From Hyaloraphidium curvatum SAG 235-1 (taxonomy: Eukaryota > Fungi > Monoblepharomycota), in contig JAIVFI010000010.1 in NCBI GenBank assembly GCA_025558095.1, positions 754,744 through 818,743 on the forward strand: a DNA stretch of 64,000 nt, given 5' to 3'. The first letter of the stretch is position 1; every line of letters starts with the position of its first letter. The translations under genes were made by a program, and so were the position numbers. The notes beneath the pieces are model-generated. The model made no database searches. It had not been told where the DNA came from and saw only the letters and a list, made by a program, of their open reading frames with translations. Shown piece after piece: positions 35,796-47,485 of this stretch.

Positions 35796-36459
35796 TCACC
35801 GCCCCCCCTCCCTCAGCTTCTGCTCCAGCCTGTACCTCTCGAGCGAAAAGTCGGCGTTGCACTCGGCGTACGCCATCCCCAGGCCGAAGCCCGTCGCGAG
35901 GGGGACCGGGAACTGCTTGCCTGGAACGCGGGGTGCTGGTGAGATGCAAAAGAAAAGAAGGGGGGGGAGGGGACCCACGGCGGAAGAAGAGGATGGCCAG
36001 CCCGAGGCCGACGAAGAAGCCGACGCCACCCTTGGTCACGGCGTTGGCTATGCACTTGTCGTACTATCACAAGAGGGCCCCCCCGCGTTAGTCCACCGTG
36101 TCCTGCGGAGGACGAGTGAGGGAAACTCACCCGGCGGGCGAGGACTGGCCCAAGAAGACGGTGGCGCGAGGACCGCGTGAAGGCCGCCGTCCGGAGGGGA
36201 GGGAGGGAGGAATCCCCGTCAGAAAGGCCGTCAACCCGGTGCCAAGGATCCACAAAGAAGTGCGAAAGGGTCGTTGGAGGACCTGCCACCCCGCAAGCGG
36301 CTCCGCCGCCCGGGAACCCGCGAACAGGCCCGCACGCGCCACGCTCCCTGCCCCGCCCGTCCGGCATCAAATGTCCCTCCCGTTCCGGCACCCGGGGTTC
36401 CAGTGACCAAAGCGCCGGTACCCACGCTCGTCGCTCGTGATTCTTTGCTCGTCCGCCAT
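35796..36459 (-). CDS. MIC10: MICOS complex subunit Mic10
   Basis: Spliced product MADEQRITSDELLARRYDKCIANAVTKGGVGFFVGLGLAILFFRRKQFPVPLATGFGLGMAYAEC: two Gly-rich TM segments separated by a basic RRK loop; includes a 14-nt micro-exon. Confidence 0.88.
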
Positions 36460-36868
36460 TCCGGGAGGATTTCGGGGGCGGGAGAAGAGGGGTGTCGGAG
36501 GGCGGAAAGCGGAGGAAGGAGGCCGCTCCGAGGGCGCGGCGGGGAGGGAAAGGGTAGGGAAGGGTCCCGACAAGGGGGAGGAGGGAGGGAAGGGCCGCAG
36601 ACGGGGGCGATGGGCGGAGGGGTTGGTTGTTGTCGGCGGGCGCCGCGGCGCACCGTCATCGCCGCTTGCTGCCCCGAGTCGCGAGGCGCTTCGTATCTCG
36701 CGTCTCCTCGAACCGCCAAAAAACCGACGGCGTCGGACAGTCCTGGGGCGCACTTCCTTTAGCGGGCTCTCGCTCGCTCATCCCGAGACGCTTTCCTTCC
36801 TTCGCGGACTGCTCGTCCCCGCGGACCGCCAGCTGGCCCCCGCCCCTTCCCCCTTCACCCACCTCCCC

Positions 36869-37747
36869 ATGCCCCCCGCCTCGTTCCGCACCCTCGGCTT
36901 GCCCGCACATCTCCTCCTCATTTCCCGGCCCTTCCTCCGCCCCCCGCTGGGCATCGCCGTCGGCGGGCGCTGCACGTGCGTGCGGCTCGCCTCGGGGGGG
37001 CTGTTCGTCTTCTCGCCCACCGAATTGGACGAAGAGACGAAAAAGGCGGTGCAGGAGTTCGGGGGGAGGGTGGAGTTCTTGGTGGCGCCGGACAGGGAGC
37101 ACTATTTGTTCGTGGGGGAGTGGATGCGGGCGTTCCCGGGGGCGGTGGCGGTGGGCGTGGAGGGGGTGGAGAGGAAGACTAAGGGCGTGAGGTGGACTGG
37201 GCTCTACGGGGCAGGCGGGGAGGGGAAGAGGTACGGGTTCGAGGGGGAGATCGAGGTGGGTTGGGACAATGCTGGCGGCCACGAGTCACTTCGGCTCGTG
37301 ACACTCCAACGTTTCTCGACACACCCACAGTTAGAGTACGTCGACGGCTTCGCCAACCGCGACCTGCTCGCCTTCCACCGCCCCTCGCGCACCCTCCTCG
37401 TCGCCGACATCTTCTTCAACATGCCCCTCCGGGAGCAGTTCGGGCCCGACCACCGGTTCCGCCTTCGCGACAGGGTTGCGCACCGATTCATGCGCCCGCA
37501 ATCGTGGGGACACAAGGTGATCTGGTTCCCAAGTGCTTGCGTGACGAAGTGATGGCGCTGACCAGGCGATCGCGGGCAGGTCTTCCTGTGGCTCGCCACC
37601 CGCCGCGGCGGCAAACCGTCCATGCAACGGGCGGCACGGAGGGTGGTCGATGAGTGGAAGCCGGAGAGGATCGTGCCGTGCCACGGGGAGGTGGTGGAGG
37701 AGGACGCGGTGGGGAGGTGGGGCGAGGCGTTCCGGTGGTTCCTGTAG
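36869..37747 (+). CDS. DUF4336-type metallo-beta-lactamase-like protein
   Basis: GGRCTCVRLASGGLFVFSP, LVAPDREHYLF, FHRPSRTLLVADIFFN, WKPERIVPCHGEV; two introns. Confidence 0.85.
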
Positions 37748-38027
37748 GAATCCGAAGGCGGCCTCGGATGAATCAATCCGACTGGCACGTGCCTACACCA
37801 ATATGTTCCCGTCCTTTTGCTTCGTTTGCTACTGCCTTCAGCCTGAGGCAGCTTTTGCGGGCGGCCGTTGCGCACGGAGGACCCTCGATTCGCGGACCCT
37901 GACCGCCGCAACGAAAGCTCCGACGCCGACCGCGCCGCGCATTTCATTCGGCGGCGCCCAGACTCGCCACTCTCGTGTTACACAGTCTTCTGCTCTTCCT
38001 TCCCGCGCCCGAAAACCGCCCTGCGCC

Positions 38028-40592
38028 ATGTCTCGCGCCGCTCCGGCCGGCGCCGCGGTCGCGGTGCCCATCTGCCCCAAGGGCGGCCACGCGATGCAGT
38101 TCGTGGGGATCACTACGTTCTACGCGTGCGACGGCTGCGGCGCCACGCGGCCGACGGTCGGCGAGGTGCACGCGCGCTGCTGGACGTGGTGGGTGGCGGC
38201 CGCTCCCGTCTCAACAGACCTCGCTAAGCTCGCCCGATGCCTCATGGAACGCCCCTCTCCGTGAATCATCAAGTAACGTGGACCTCTGCCCGACTTGCAT
38301 GCCGCCCCCGCCGCTGCCCACCGCCGCCGGGCCGCCCGCGCCCGCGCCCGCGCAAGTCGCCGCACCTTCCCCGGCAGCCGCCGCCGCACGGCCCGGCCTC
38401 GGCGGGATCAGGCCGCCCGCCCAGCCGGCGCCTACTCCGGCGGCACCGGCACAGGCTGCCGCCACGCCCGGCCCGCCGCCGTACGGCAGGCCCGCGGAGG
38501 CGCCCGCCCCGGCGCAGCCTGTGGCTCCTGCCCCCGCTCCCGCCCCGGCCCCCGCTCAGCAGCCCAGCAAGCCGCATTGGGGCCCTCCCGCGCAGCCGGC
38601 CCCCGCGCAGCCCGCCCAGCCCCCCGCCCCCGTTCCCGCACCGGTCCCCGCCAAGCCCGCCGAGACCGCCGCCGCCTACTCGGCCGTCAGCGCCGCCGAC
38701 GACCTCAAGACCACCAGCATCCGCGCGCTCCCCGCCACGCAGCTCCCCACGCTGCACGCGCACGGCCAGCCCTTCCTCGTCCTCGGCGCGCAGGCCGACA
38801 TCTGGCGCTCGGTCAAGCAGGACGACGAGGTGCGGTTCTTCTTCTCGCAGTACAAGAAGATGAACGCCACCGTCGTCACGATCGGCATCCCGTGGGCGCG
38901 GTGCGAGGCCGTCGAGGGCAAGTACGATTTCAGCTTCATGGACTGGTACATCGACCGCGCAAACGAAGCGGGGCTCAAGCTCAACCTCGGGCTGTTCAAC
39001 ACCAACGTGTGCGGCAAGGTCCAGGAGGGCTCCTCGTGGGAGCCCGCCGACTCGGACAAGGTCCTGCGGTACACGCCCAAGTGGATGGCCGTGGACCAGA
39101 AGGACAAGTACCACCGGATCATGGTCGAGGAGTGGGGGCTGCAGTGCTGCGTCGGGGGGCCGCCCATGTGCTGGAACAACAAAGCCACGCTGGAGAAGGA
39201 GAAGGCGTACGTGACCAAGCTCGTCGAGCACCTCAAGGCCTACGACAAGAACAGGACCGTGTGCATGCTGCAGCTCAACAATGGTTGGTCGCGCCGTCTA
39301 TTTCGATCCCACGAGCAAGCTCCTGACCCCCCTCCCCCCGCCCTCCCTCCTCCAGAAATCTACACCCTCCAGTTCTGCGAGGGCGGCGGCGGCCGCAAGC
39401 CCAAGGAGCCCCTGGACGTGCACTGCAAGTGCCAGGTCTGCCCCAAGCTCTCGGGCGAGTACCCGACCGGGCAGCACCTGCAGCACACCACCAACGCCAA
39501 GGTGGGCTTCCCGCGGCGCCCGCCGCCGGGGCCGACATCTCACCCCCGTCCGCCCGCAGTACACCGCCGAGATCGCCAAGGCCGTCCGCGCCGTCCTTCC
39601 GGACGTCCCTCTGTACGTCAACTCCCCCTGGTGGCCGACCTTTGCCGCCGAGATCTACCTCAAGCACGGCGAGGTCGACCTCGTGGGGTGCGACGGCGTG
39701 CTGTCGAGCTACGAGCCCAACGTGCTCGACACGATCCAGGTCGAGGTCGATCTGCCGGGAGGGGGGAAGAAGCGCAACGTGGCGTTCGCGAGCGAGTGCC
39801 CGACCGAGAACGAGAAGACGATCGCGAACCTGGACGTGCTGCCTTACTACCTCCTGTTCGGACGGTACCTCGGCATCGGCGCCCTCCTCTGGTATGTTCC
39901 CGCGCGCACCCCGCCTCCACGCCGCGAACCTGACCGCCACCACCCCTCGCAGGGAATCCAACACCATCCGCGTCCTCGACGACCCCCTCTCCGTCACCCG
40001 CTTCGGCCGCGCGCTGTACCCCCTCAAGCACGCCATGGTCCCCGTCGCGCGCGCCCGCGGAACGGAGGACCTGCTGGCGTGGTACCTCGTCCGCGACCCG
40101 GCCTCCGTCGCGGCGGCGACGCGGGACGTGTTCGGGAACGTGATCGAGCAGCCCACTGTTGAGATCCAGGCGGCGGGGGCGAACAAGGCGGAGGACGAGG
40201 ACAAGATGGTGGTCAGGCTCGGGGGGAAACTGGCGGAGCAGAAGGGGGAGGAGGTGGACCTGGTCCTCGCGCCCGGGTTGGAGATGCACGTCGAGGGGTG
40301 CCCCGCCGGGTTCGTGGTCTACGGGCCCGCGGCTAACGGCCGGCGCTCGGCGTGGATAGGGATCCAGATGGGTAAGCTGACCTTCAAGGGGTGGGCGGCC
40401 AAGAAGGCGACGATCGAGGAGGGCGTGTTCGAGCTCTACACGGACAAGTGGGTCCCCGGCAAGGCGGAGAAGAACGAGACGATCAGCGGGAGCGAGCTGC
40501 AGGTGGACGACAAGGCGGGGAGGAGGAAGGAGGACGTATGCGTGGTGGCGTCCGGGGACGCCAAGGTGCTCCGCATCGAGTTCGACGCCTAG
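38028..40592 (+). CDS. Zinc-finger / Pro-rich linker / GH35- or GH42-like (clan GH-A) glycoside hydrolase fusion
   Basis: CPKGGH...CDGC...RCWTCNVDLCPTC; HGQPFLVLG, IPWARCEAVEGKYDFS, MLQLNNE, FASEC; four introns; no signal peptide. Confidence 0.75.
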
Positions 40593-40767
40593 ATCGGGCG
40601 ATGGTGGATCGGCCACATCTGAATATGATAGTCGGCTGCATGTGACCGCATCCGTGCGTGGGCGAGGGACCCGGTGACACCGCGAATCCTGAGGGATTGC
40701 AGCACTTGACTTCACAAGCCCCGACTTTGGTTCTCCCCTTCCGGCGCTCGCCGCGATGGGTGGCAGC

Positions 40768-42511
40768 ATGGACGCCCCACCGTCGCCTCTGGTTCCGGCT
40801 GAATTGCCGGGGAACGGTTCCGGCGCCGCGAACGGCGTGTCCCCGGCTGAAACCCCGCGGAGCCGCACCCCGCCGGCCAACGGCGTCCACGCGGCCGAGA
40901 AGGCCGAATCCGAGCCGCCGCACGGCTCCCCGGACCGCGAGGAGGGCGAAGAAGAGGACGACGACGAGGGCGTGTCCATCACGAGCGAATACTACCACCG
41001 CGCCGCCGGCACCGGGACGGCGCGGTCGACGACGATGCGGCGGTCCGCGCGGATGAACCAGATCGTGCACGGCGGGAAGTACCTCCGCACGGGGCCCAAG
41101 GAGCGGCGCGTGGGGTGGGACGAGCTCTTCTTCGACCTGCTCTACGTCTACCTCGTGCGGCTGGTCGGGGAGTCGAGCATCAACTCGGAGTTCTTTGGCT
41201 ACCTCGCCGACCCGCAGCAGGTGGCCGTAACTGATGGGCCGCTTCTTTTCGCTCGTCTAACACCACGCCGACACGTACACCAGGTGCTGCAGTCCATGGG
41301 CCGCTTCTTTCTGCTTTTCTATCCAGTCTGGATGTTGGTTCGCGACGCCCGGCCATCGACCCGCTCTAACGACTCCGCTTTCCAGCTCCTGGTTCCTGAC
41401 CCAGCTCTATACCAACTTATACCACCAGGAGGGAATCGCGTACCGCATCTCGTTCATGATCCACGTGGTCGCCATCGTCGGCCTCGCCTCGGTGATCCCC
41501 ACGGTGCTTCCCCTCACGCCCAGCGGCGCCCCCGAGGACGATGCTTCGCCCGCCTCCTCCTCGGGCCGCGCGTTCGTCTTCTTCTTCGCCTTCAACCGCG
41601 CGGAGCTCGTCTTCCAGAACCTCGTGCGCGCCTTTGTCTTTCCGCGCTTCGCCAAGATCTTCCTCTTCCGCACCGTGGCCCTCGTGCTGCCCCTCGCCCT
41701 GTACGTCGCCTGGATCTTTGTCGGCCACGCGACCGCGCTCTGGTGGTCCGCCGTCGCCCTCGACATCTTCCTCATCTTTGCCGTGGACCCCTTCGTCGCT
41801 GCCCGCGCGCACGCCCGACCCGCCACGGACCAATCCCACTGGAGCGAGCGCCTGGGCCTCTTCACCCTCATCGTGCTGGGCGAGCAGGTCCAAAACGTCG
41901 TGTGGGAGCAGCAGGCCGGCACCTTTGCCTACGGCCCCTTTTTCGCCTCGGTGCTCGGCGTGCTGCCCGTCTGGGTGCTCTGGCGGCTGTACTCTGCCGC
42001 GGGGAGGGGCTACCGCCGCCACGCCGTGCGCCGCGGGCCGTGGTTCGAGAGCGCCTGGTCGTTCCTGCACCTGCCCATGCAGGCGGCCATGGTCGCCGCC
42101 GCGGCGGGGCTGCACCTCATGCTGGACTCGACGTTCCCGACGGGGACGACGGCCGAGGGGCGCAGGCTCGCGGCGCGGCAGTCGTCGGGGTACAACCGCA
42201 ACGCCGAGGTCTCGTACTTCCTGTCGACCCTCTTCTCGCTGCTCTCGATCGGCCTCATCGGCCTGCTACACCTGCAGGACGCCCGACCCAGGGAGCGCTG
42301 GCTGCGCGCGGCGAGCCTGATCTTGGGCGGGGGGCTGGTGGCGATCCCGGTGGGGCTCAAGGGCGGGTTCTGGGCCGTGCTGGGGACCACCAACTTCGTG
42401 CTGTGGGTCCTCTATGTGGGGTGGGAGGCGTGGGAGTGGTGGAAAGCGAAGAAGCGAGGGGCGAGGGGCGAGGTTTTCCAGAGGCAGGAGACGGACAAGG
42501 ACGCGGATTGA
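40768..42511 (+). CDS. Low temperature requirement protein A (LtrA) family membrane protein
   Basis: RVGWDELFFDLLYV, HWSERLGLFTLIVLGE, WSFLHLPM; two introns. Confidence 0.88.
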
Positions 42512-42699
42512 GTGCTGATTAACGATCGCTTGCGTTGTGATTCGGGGTTCTCTCCGCCTGGCGCTTCGAGTCCGACAGTTCCGTCGCGATCCGGAGCTTG
42601 GACTGACTCCATGCATTGTCCGTTGGTGCGGAGGATCGTGGGCGGCACCATCTCAACGGTCGTCACCTTCACACCGGGAGCGACAACGCTGGGTTCCTT

Positions 42700-43140
42700 T
42701 CGAGATACTACGCCAACAACCTGCAGGTCTCTTCGCCTGATTCGCACAAGGTGTTCCTCCAACCGATCGTGGGTGGCAGTGCCACGCTCTTTGCTGGCAA
42801 CGCCACTTTGGGGAACGCGGGAAGCGGGGCCCTGGCAACATTGGCAACGATAGCCCAAGCCGCTGGCCACGCCCGGGATGCAGCCGACTTGACCTACATC
42901 GCCTTCCGGAACCGGCAACAGGATCAGCGTCGTAACATCCGCGGGCACGATCAGATCTTTGCGGGCAACGGCACGAATATCTCGACCGGTGACGGGCAGG
43001 AGCCGTCGGCCACGCCGAGCAGCTTCGGTCTCGTGCGCGCTGTCGCCAACAATGAGGCGAGGAAGCGGCTGTACATTGCCAACGGCCTCAACCGCGTCCG
43101 TATGGTTCAGTGGCCGGGAGCGCACGGGGAGGCCCTATGA
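42700..43140 (+). pseudogene. Fragment of an NHL-repeat (teneurin-like beta-propeller) protein
   Basis: TLFAGNATLGNAGSGALATLA, IFAGNGTNISTGDG, RLYIANGLNRVRMV; no clear start, degraded codon bias. Confidence 0.55.
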
Positions 43141-43385
43141 CCAGCGAGCGGGACGCTGAGGAAGGGACAGCGAAGTCGTCCGCTTGTAAACGAGTGTGTT
43201 ACGGTACGAAGAGATGTATGCCGGGAGAGCGGGCGTGGTGGCCGGCCGGATGGGGCCGGGCTGTCCACGTGCGCAACATGAATCCGAAAACCGCCCGAAC
43301 CCCCGACAACAGAAGGACGACACCAGCCCGGAATCCGGCGTTTCCTCACGCAGAGCCCCCTTCACTGATCTGCTGATCTGCCGCG

Positions 43386-43985
43386 ATGGCCGCCGACGTG
43401 CCCGCCAAGCCCTCGGCGCACGACTGGGTCCTCCGCCGCGCGTCCGAGCTGGCCAAGAAACCCGTGCACGAGGACCTCCTCCTGAGCCACCTCCTCGGCC
43501 CCGTCTTCTCCCCCGATGCGGCGCACCGCGGGCTCTGGACGGCGTTCCAGCAGCGCCTCGAGGCGGACCTGCACGTCAAGTTCGACGAGACCACGTTCCA
43601 GGACCAGGTGAAGCTCAAGAACCTCATCGCCTACGCCGAGCGCGTCCAGGCCGGAGGGCCGGCCAAGGAGCGGCACGACGACGACCACGCGAAAAAAGCC
43701 GAGAGCCACGTGGAGAAGTTCAAGGCGGAGGTCCCGAAGGAGGGGGAGACGGACGCAGAGTTCAAGGCGCGGATGGACTCGCACGCCGAGGACGTGAAGA
43801 AGACGCTCGAGACGGCGGCCAAGGCCGACCCGGCCAAGGCCAAGTCCATTTCGGCGATGTTTGCGGACCTGTCGAAGCACACCAAGGAGAAGCTGCACCA
43901 GTGGAACGTGGACGGCGGCAAGTTCATCACGGACCTGCAGAAGAGCACCGAGGAGCTCGCGCCCTTCCAGCCGAAGGAGGCGTGA
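43386..43985 (+). CDS. Hypothetical charged helical protein (199 aa)
   Basis: Clean ATG-TGA ORF with strong GC3 bias; no family recognised. Confidence 0.75.
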   Translation: MAADVPAKPSAHDWVLRRASELAKKPVHEDLLLSHLLGPVFSPDAAHRGLWTAFQQRLEADLHVKFDETTFQDQVKLKNLIAYAERVQAGGPAKERHDDDHAKKAESHVEKFKAEVPKEGETDAEFKARMDSHAEDVKKTLETAAKADPAKAKSISAMFADLSKHTKEKLHQWNVDGGKFITDLQKSTEELAPFQPKEA

Positions 43986-44086
43986 GTGCCCTCGATTTAC
44001 CCGCTCTTGACTTCGGCTGACCCATGGTGGGCCCAAACAGGGCGCAGGAGCTCGGGATCAAGGACGCGTAGACAAAATAGAGAGGG

Positions 44087-45602
44087 CTACATGTTGGTGA
44101 ACACCTCGACGCCCTCCCCGCCCCCGAACACGTAGTACATCCCCTTCCACCTGTCCGGCTTGTCCGACACCCACCCCATCCTCTTCATCCAGCCGTTCCA
44201 TCCCCCCTGGTCCTTCCCCGGCGACCCCGGCGCGGGCGACGGCGAGCGCTCCCGGTCGCGCTTGACGGCGTCGACGCGGACGGCCGAGGCGGCGAGAACC
44301 GTCGTGCGGACGGTGAGGAGGCGGGCTCCGTGTTCGACGCGGGTGTTGGGGGGGAGGAAGGTCATGCTGGCGAGGGCGGAGGAGCGTAGGGTGGTGAGGA
44401 GGCGGTCGGTGCTCGGGGGGAGGTCCGTGTGGAGGGACTCGAGCCCGGGTATCTGAGCGAAGGGGTAGTCCAGCTCATTAGGGCGGCGGAGATCCAATCG
44501 TGCGACCGAGGAACCCACCCTCTGGCCCGCAGGGTCGACCTCGTCCTTCAGAACGAGCCGTCCGGGCGAATTGGCGGCCAGCATCCGCGTGAGCAGCATG
44601 TCGGGTGCCCTCTTGGCGTCGACCTGATCGTCCGCCGGCAGCGGAGGTAGGTCGCCGCGCGCGGTCTCGAGCGCGAGGTCGGTTGGGTCCACCTTGATCC
44701 CAGCGGGGTCGACCACGTCGAGGCCGTTCTTGTCGAAGGTTTTCCTGCGGTGCTGGGTTCGAGCACAGCGACGCATCGCATCGCAGCGCGACCCACCACT
44801 CAATGGTCGCCACGAGGTACTTGACGACCCCGCCGCTCCCGTCGCAATCGCTGCACGTCACCCAACCCGTCGCGCCGCACGTGAAACACATCCTCCATCC
44901 GTCCCCGCCACACGACCCGCACCGCTCCCGCACGGTATCGTGCCTTTTCACCCCTGGCTCCGTCTCCACCCATCGGCTCTCGGTGCGCCAGCCGTCGCCG
45001 CCGCACGAGCCGCACCGGTCGCGGCCGGTGCCGTGGCAGACCCAGCACATCGTCCGACCGCGCTCCGAGCATTCGGAGCAGGGGTGGCGCTCCTCGGAGC
45101 GGGGCAGGCGGGCGTCGACGGAGGCGTCCTTGGCGGGGAACGAGGAGGGCGGGGCGGCGGCGATGTCCCACAGAAGGGGGGGGGAGGGAAGGGAGTACGA
45201 CGTGCCCCCTGACGAAATGAAAGGCCCGCGGCGACGATCGAGTAATGGAATCGCGTTCAGGAAAGCCATAAAGGTCAGGAACGCGTCTCGAGGCCGGCAT
45301 CCCGCCGCGGGCTCACTCCTCCAGGGCTCCTGCGCCTTCTTCAGCGACCTCCGCTCGAATGCCACGCGCACCGTGCCCGCGAGAAGCACCAGCGGCGGGC
45401 TGACGTGCAGCGAGTAGCGCGCCAGCCGGTCCTCGGCGTCCTTGAAGAACTGTTTCACCGCATGGTTTTTGGAGTAGACCTCGAAGAGAATGCGCCGCAG
45501 CTCGTCGTGGTCCGCCGGTGGGGACGGCAGGCCAAACGAGGCACTCCACGGGACCGCATCGTAGGCCGGAGGCGGCTCGGAAGGGGGCACTTCTAGCGAC
45601 AT
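44087..45602 (-). CDS. SSUH2-like protein with DnaJ-type CxxCxGxG zinc-finger repeats
   Basis: CSECSERGRTMCWVCHGTGRDRCGSCGGDG...CFTCGATGWVTCSDCDGSG, preceded by LWDI...VDARLPRSEERHPC; no J domain; one intron near 44749-44797. Confidence 0.75.
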
Positions 45603-45707
45603 CGCGTTGCGGAGCAAGGGGTTGCCGAGCGGCCTCCAGTTGACACCTCTCCGACTGCAGCCCCTAGCCAGTCGACGCGTCGACGGCACTTTCACGACGC
45701 GTCTGGG

Positions 45708-46355
45708 ATGCCTCGACGTGCTGGTCACTCGTCGCCGGGCGGGGATGCCCTTGCCAAGGTGGTCATCGTGCCGGGCAACGGCGCCGGTTGCATCTACTTC
45801 AACTTCTACGAATGGCTGCGCGACATGCTCGTCGCCGAGGTGCCTGGCGTGACGGTCAACATGAAGGACATGCCCGACGGCGACACGGCGCGCGAATCGA
45901 TTTGGCTGCCCTTCATTGAGGACGTCCTCGGGGCGGACGACGAAACGATCCTGGTTGGCCACTCGAGCGGCGCGCTGGCGGGGCTCCGGCTCGCGGAGCG
46001 GACCGAATTGCGAGGACTCGTGCTGGTTTCGGTGTCTACGACGGATCTGGACGACGAAAACGAGCGCGCGAGCGGATACTTCGACCGCCCTTGGGATTGG
46101 GCCGCCGTTAGGCGGAACGTGCGGCACGTAGTGCAGTTTGCGAGCACGGATGATCCATTCATCCCGCTGGAGCTGCAAAGGGAGGCGAGGGACGGGCTGG
46201 AGGCGGCGGGAGAGGCCGAAGGGGTGCTGGAAGGGCACGAGTTCGAGTACATCGAGCTCGAGGGGAAATCCCACTATTTCGACGAGCAGCAGCCGGAAAT
46301 CTTGGAAGCGGTGAAGAAATTGATCGAGCGGGTGGGCGGGGAGGACTCGTCATAG
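45708..46355 (+). CDS. RBBP9/YdeN family alpha/beta serine hydrolase
   Basis: VVIVPGNG, ARESIWLPF, LVGHSSGA, ERASGYF, QFASTDDPFIP, SHYF. Confidence 0.9.
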   Translation: MPRRAGHSSPGGDALAKVVIVPGNGAGCIYFNFYEWLRDMLVAEVPGVTVNMKDMPDGDTARESIWLPFIEDVLGADDETILVGHSSGALAGLRLAERTELRGLVLVSVSTTDLDDENERASGYFDRPWDWAAVRRNVRHVVQFASTDDPFIPLELQREARDGLEAAGEAEGVLEGHEFEYIELEGKSHYFDEQQPEILEAVKKLIERVGGEDSS

Positions 46356-46455
46356 TTGATATGTTGACGAGTGGGTAGCGCCTAGTCATCGGTCTGCTTC
46401 CCATCCCCTCGCCCCCACCCCCTCCCCCCCACCCCCTCCCCGTCCCAACAACACG

Positions 46456-47437
46456 ATGGCGTCTCCTCCGGACCGCGACGCCGTTTTCGCCTTCATCGCG
46501 TCCCGCCCCGCACCCGTCCCCCAGCCCACGCCCGCCCAGGCCGCCGACTTTGAGGAGCTCGACGGCCGCCTCGCGGACTTCGCCGCCGACTCCGCGCTCG
46601 CGGAGCTCTCCGTGCCCGCGCTGAACGGCCTGCGGAGGCTTTGGATGCATCGCCGTGCGGAACAGCTTGGACTGAGGTCTGAGTCGTCGGGCGAGGGCCA
46701 GGTCAAGGACCTCCGCGTGGAAAAGCCTCCCGGGTGGTCCGCCGCGACGGTGCTCCCACCCGTACCCAAGCCCACGCCCACCCAGGCCGCCGACTACGCC
46801 GCGTTCGACAGGATCCTCGTCGACTTTGCGGCGGACCCAACCTGCGTGGAGCTCAAGGTTACCAAGTTGGACGCCGTGGAAAGGCGATGGATGCATGACC
46901 GCGCGGAGCAACTTGGGCTGCTGGCCGTCGCAGTCGGGCAGGGGCAGTTCAAGGACATCCGAGTTCAGAAGACCCCCAAGACCATCCCCACCAAGGCCGC
47001 TGACCGCGCAACGTTCGACAAGCTCCTCGCCGACTTTGCAGCCGACCCAACCTGTTTTGCGGTCGAGGTGACCAAGTTGAACGCCGTGCAAAGGCGCTGG
47101 GTGCATCGCCGCGCGAAGGAGCTTGGGATGCTGTCCGTCGCTGTCGGGCAAGGGCAGTTCAAGGACATTCGAGTTGAGAAGCCCCCAGAGTGGCCGGTCG
47201 CGGCGGTCCCTTTGTAGGCCCCGCGGCCTCGACGAGCAGGAAGAAGGACCGTGCGCGGCGAACGAGGCAAAGAAGAGGCAGAAGATGGAGGCGTGCCAGC
47301 AGGCGCTGACGCGAGCTCCACGCGTCGGGGCGCTCTACCACTACTCGGGGATGGGACCGCTGTGCGAGGACTGCGTGGAGGGGGATCCGGAGCTGGAGAG
47401 GCTCAAGTGGGAGCCCAAGGCGTCGTTTCGGCATTGA
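46456..47437 (+). CDS. Triple R3H-like domain protein; C-terminal Cys-containing part out of frame (possible pseudogene)
   Basis: Three repeats of LxxxxRxWxHxRAxxLGxxSxxxGxGQxKDxRVxK; TAG at 47215-47217, then ALYHYSGMGPLCEDCVEGDPEL...WEPKA in another frame. Confidence 0.7.
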
Positions 47438-47485
47438 AGGAAAGGGCAGAAGAGTCAGATCAATTCACTGATTACCTCGTATACG

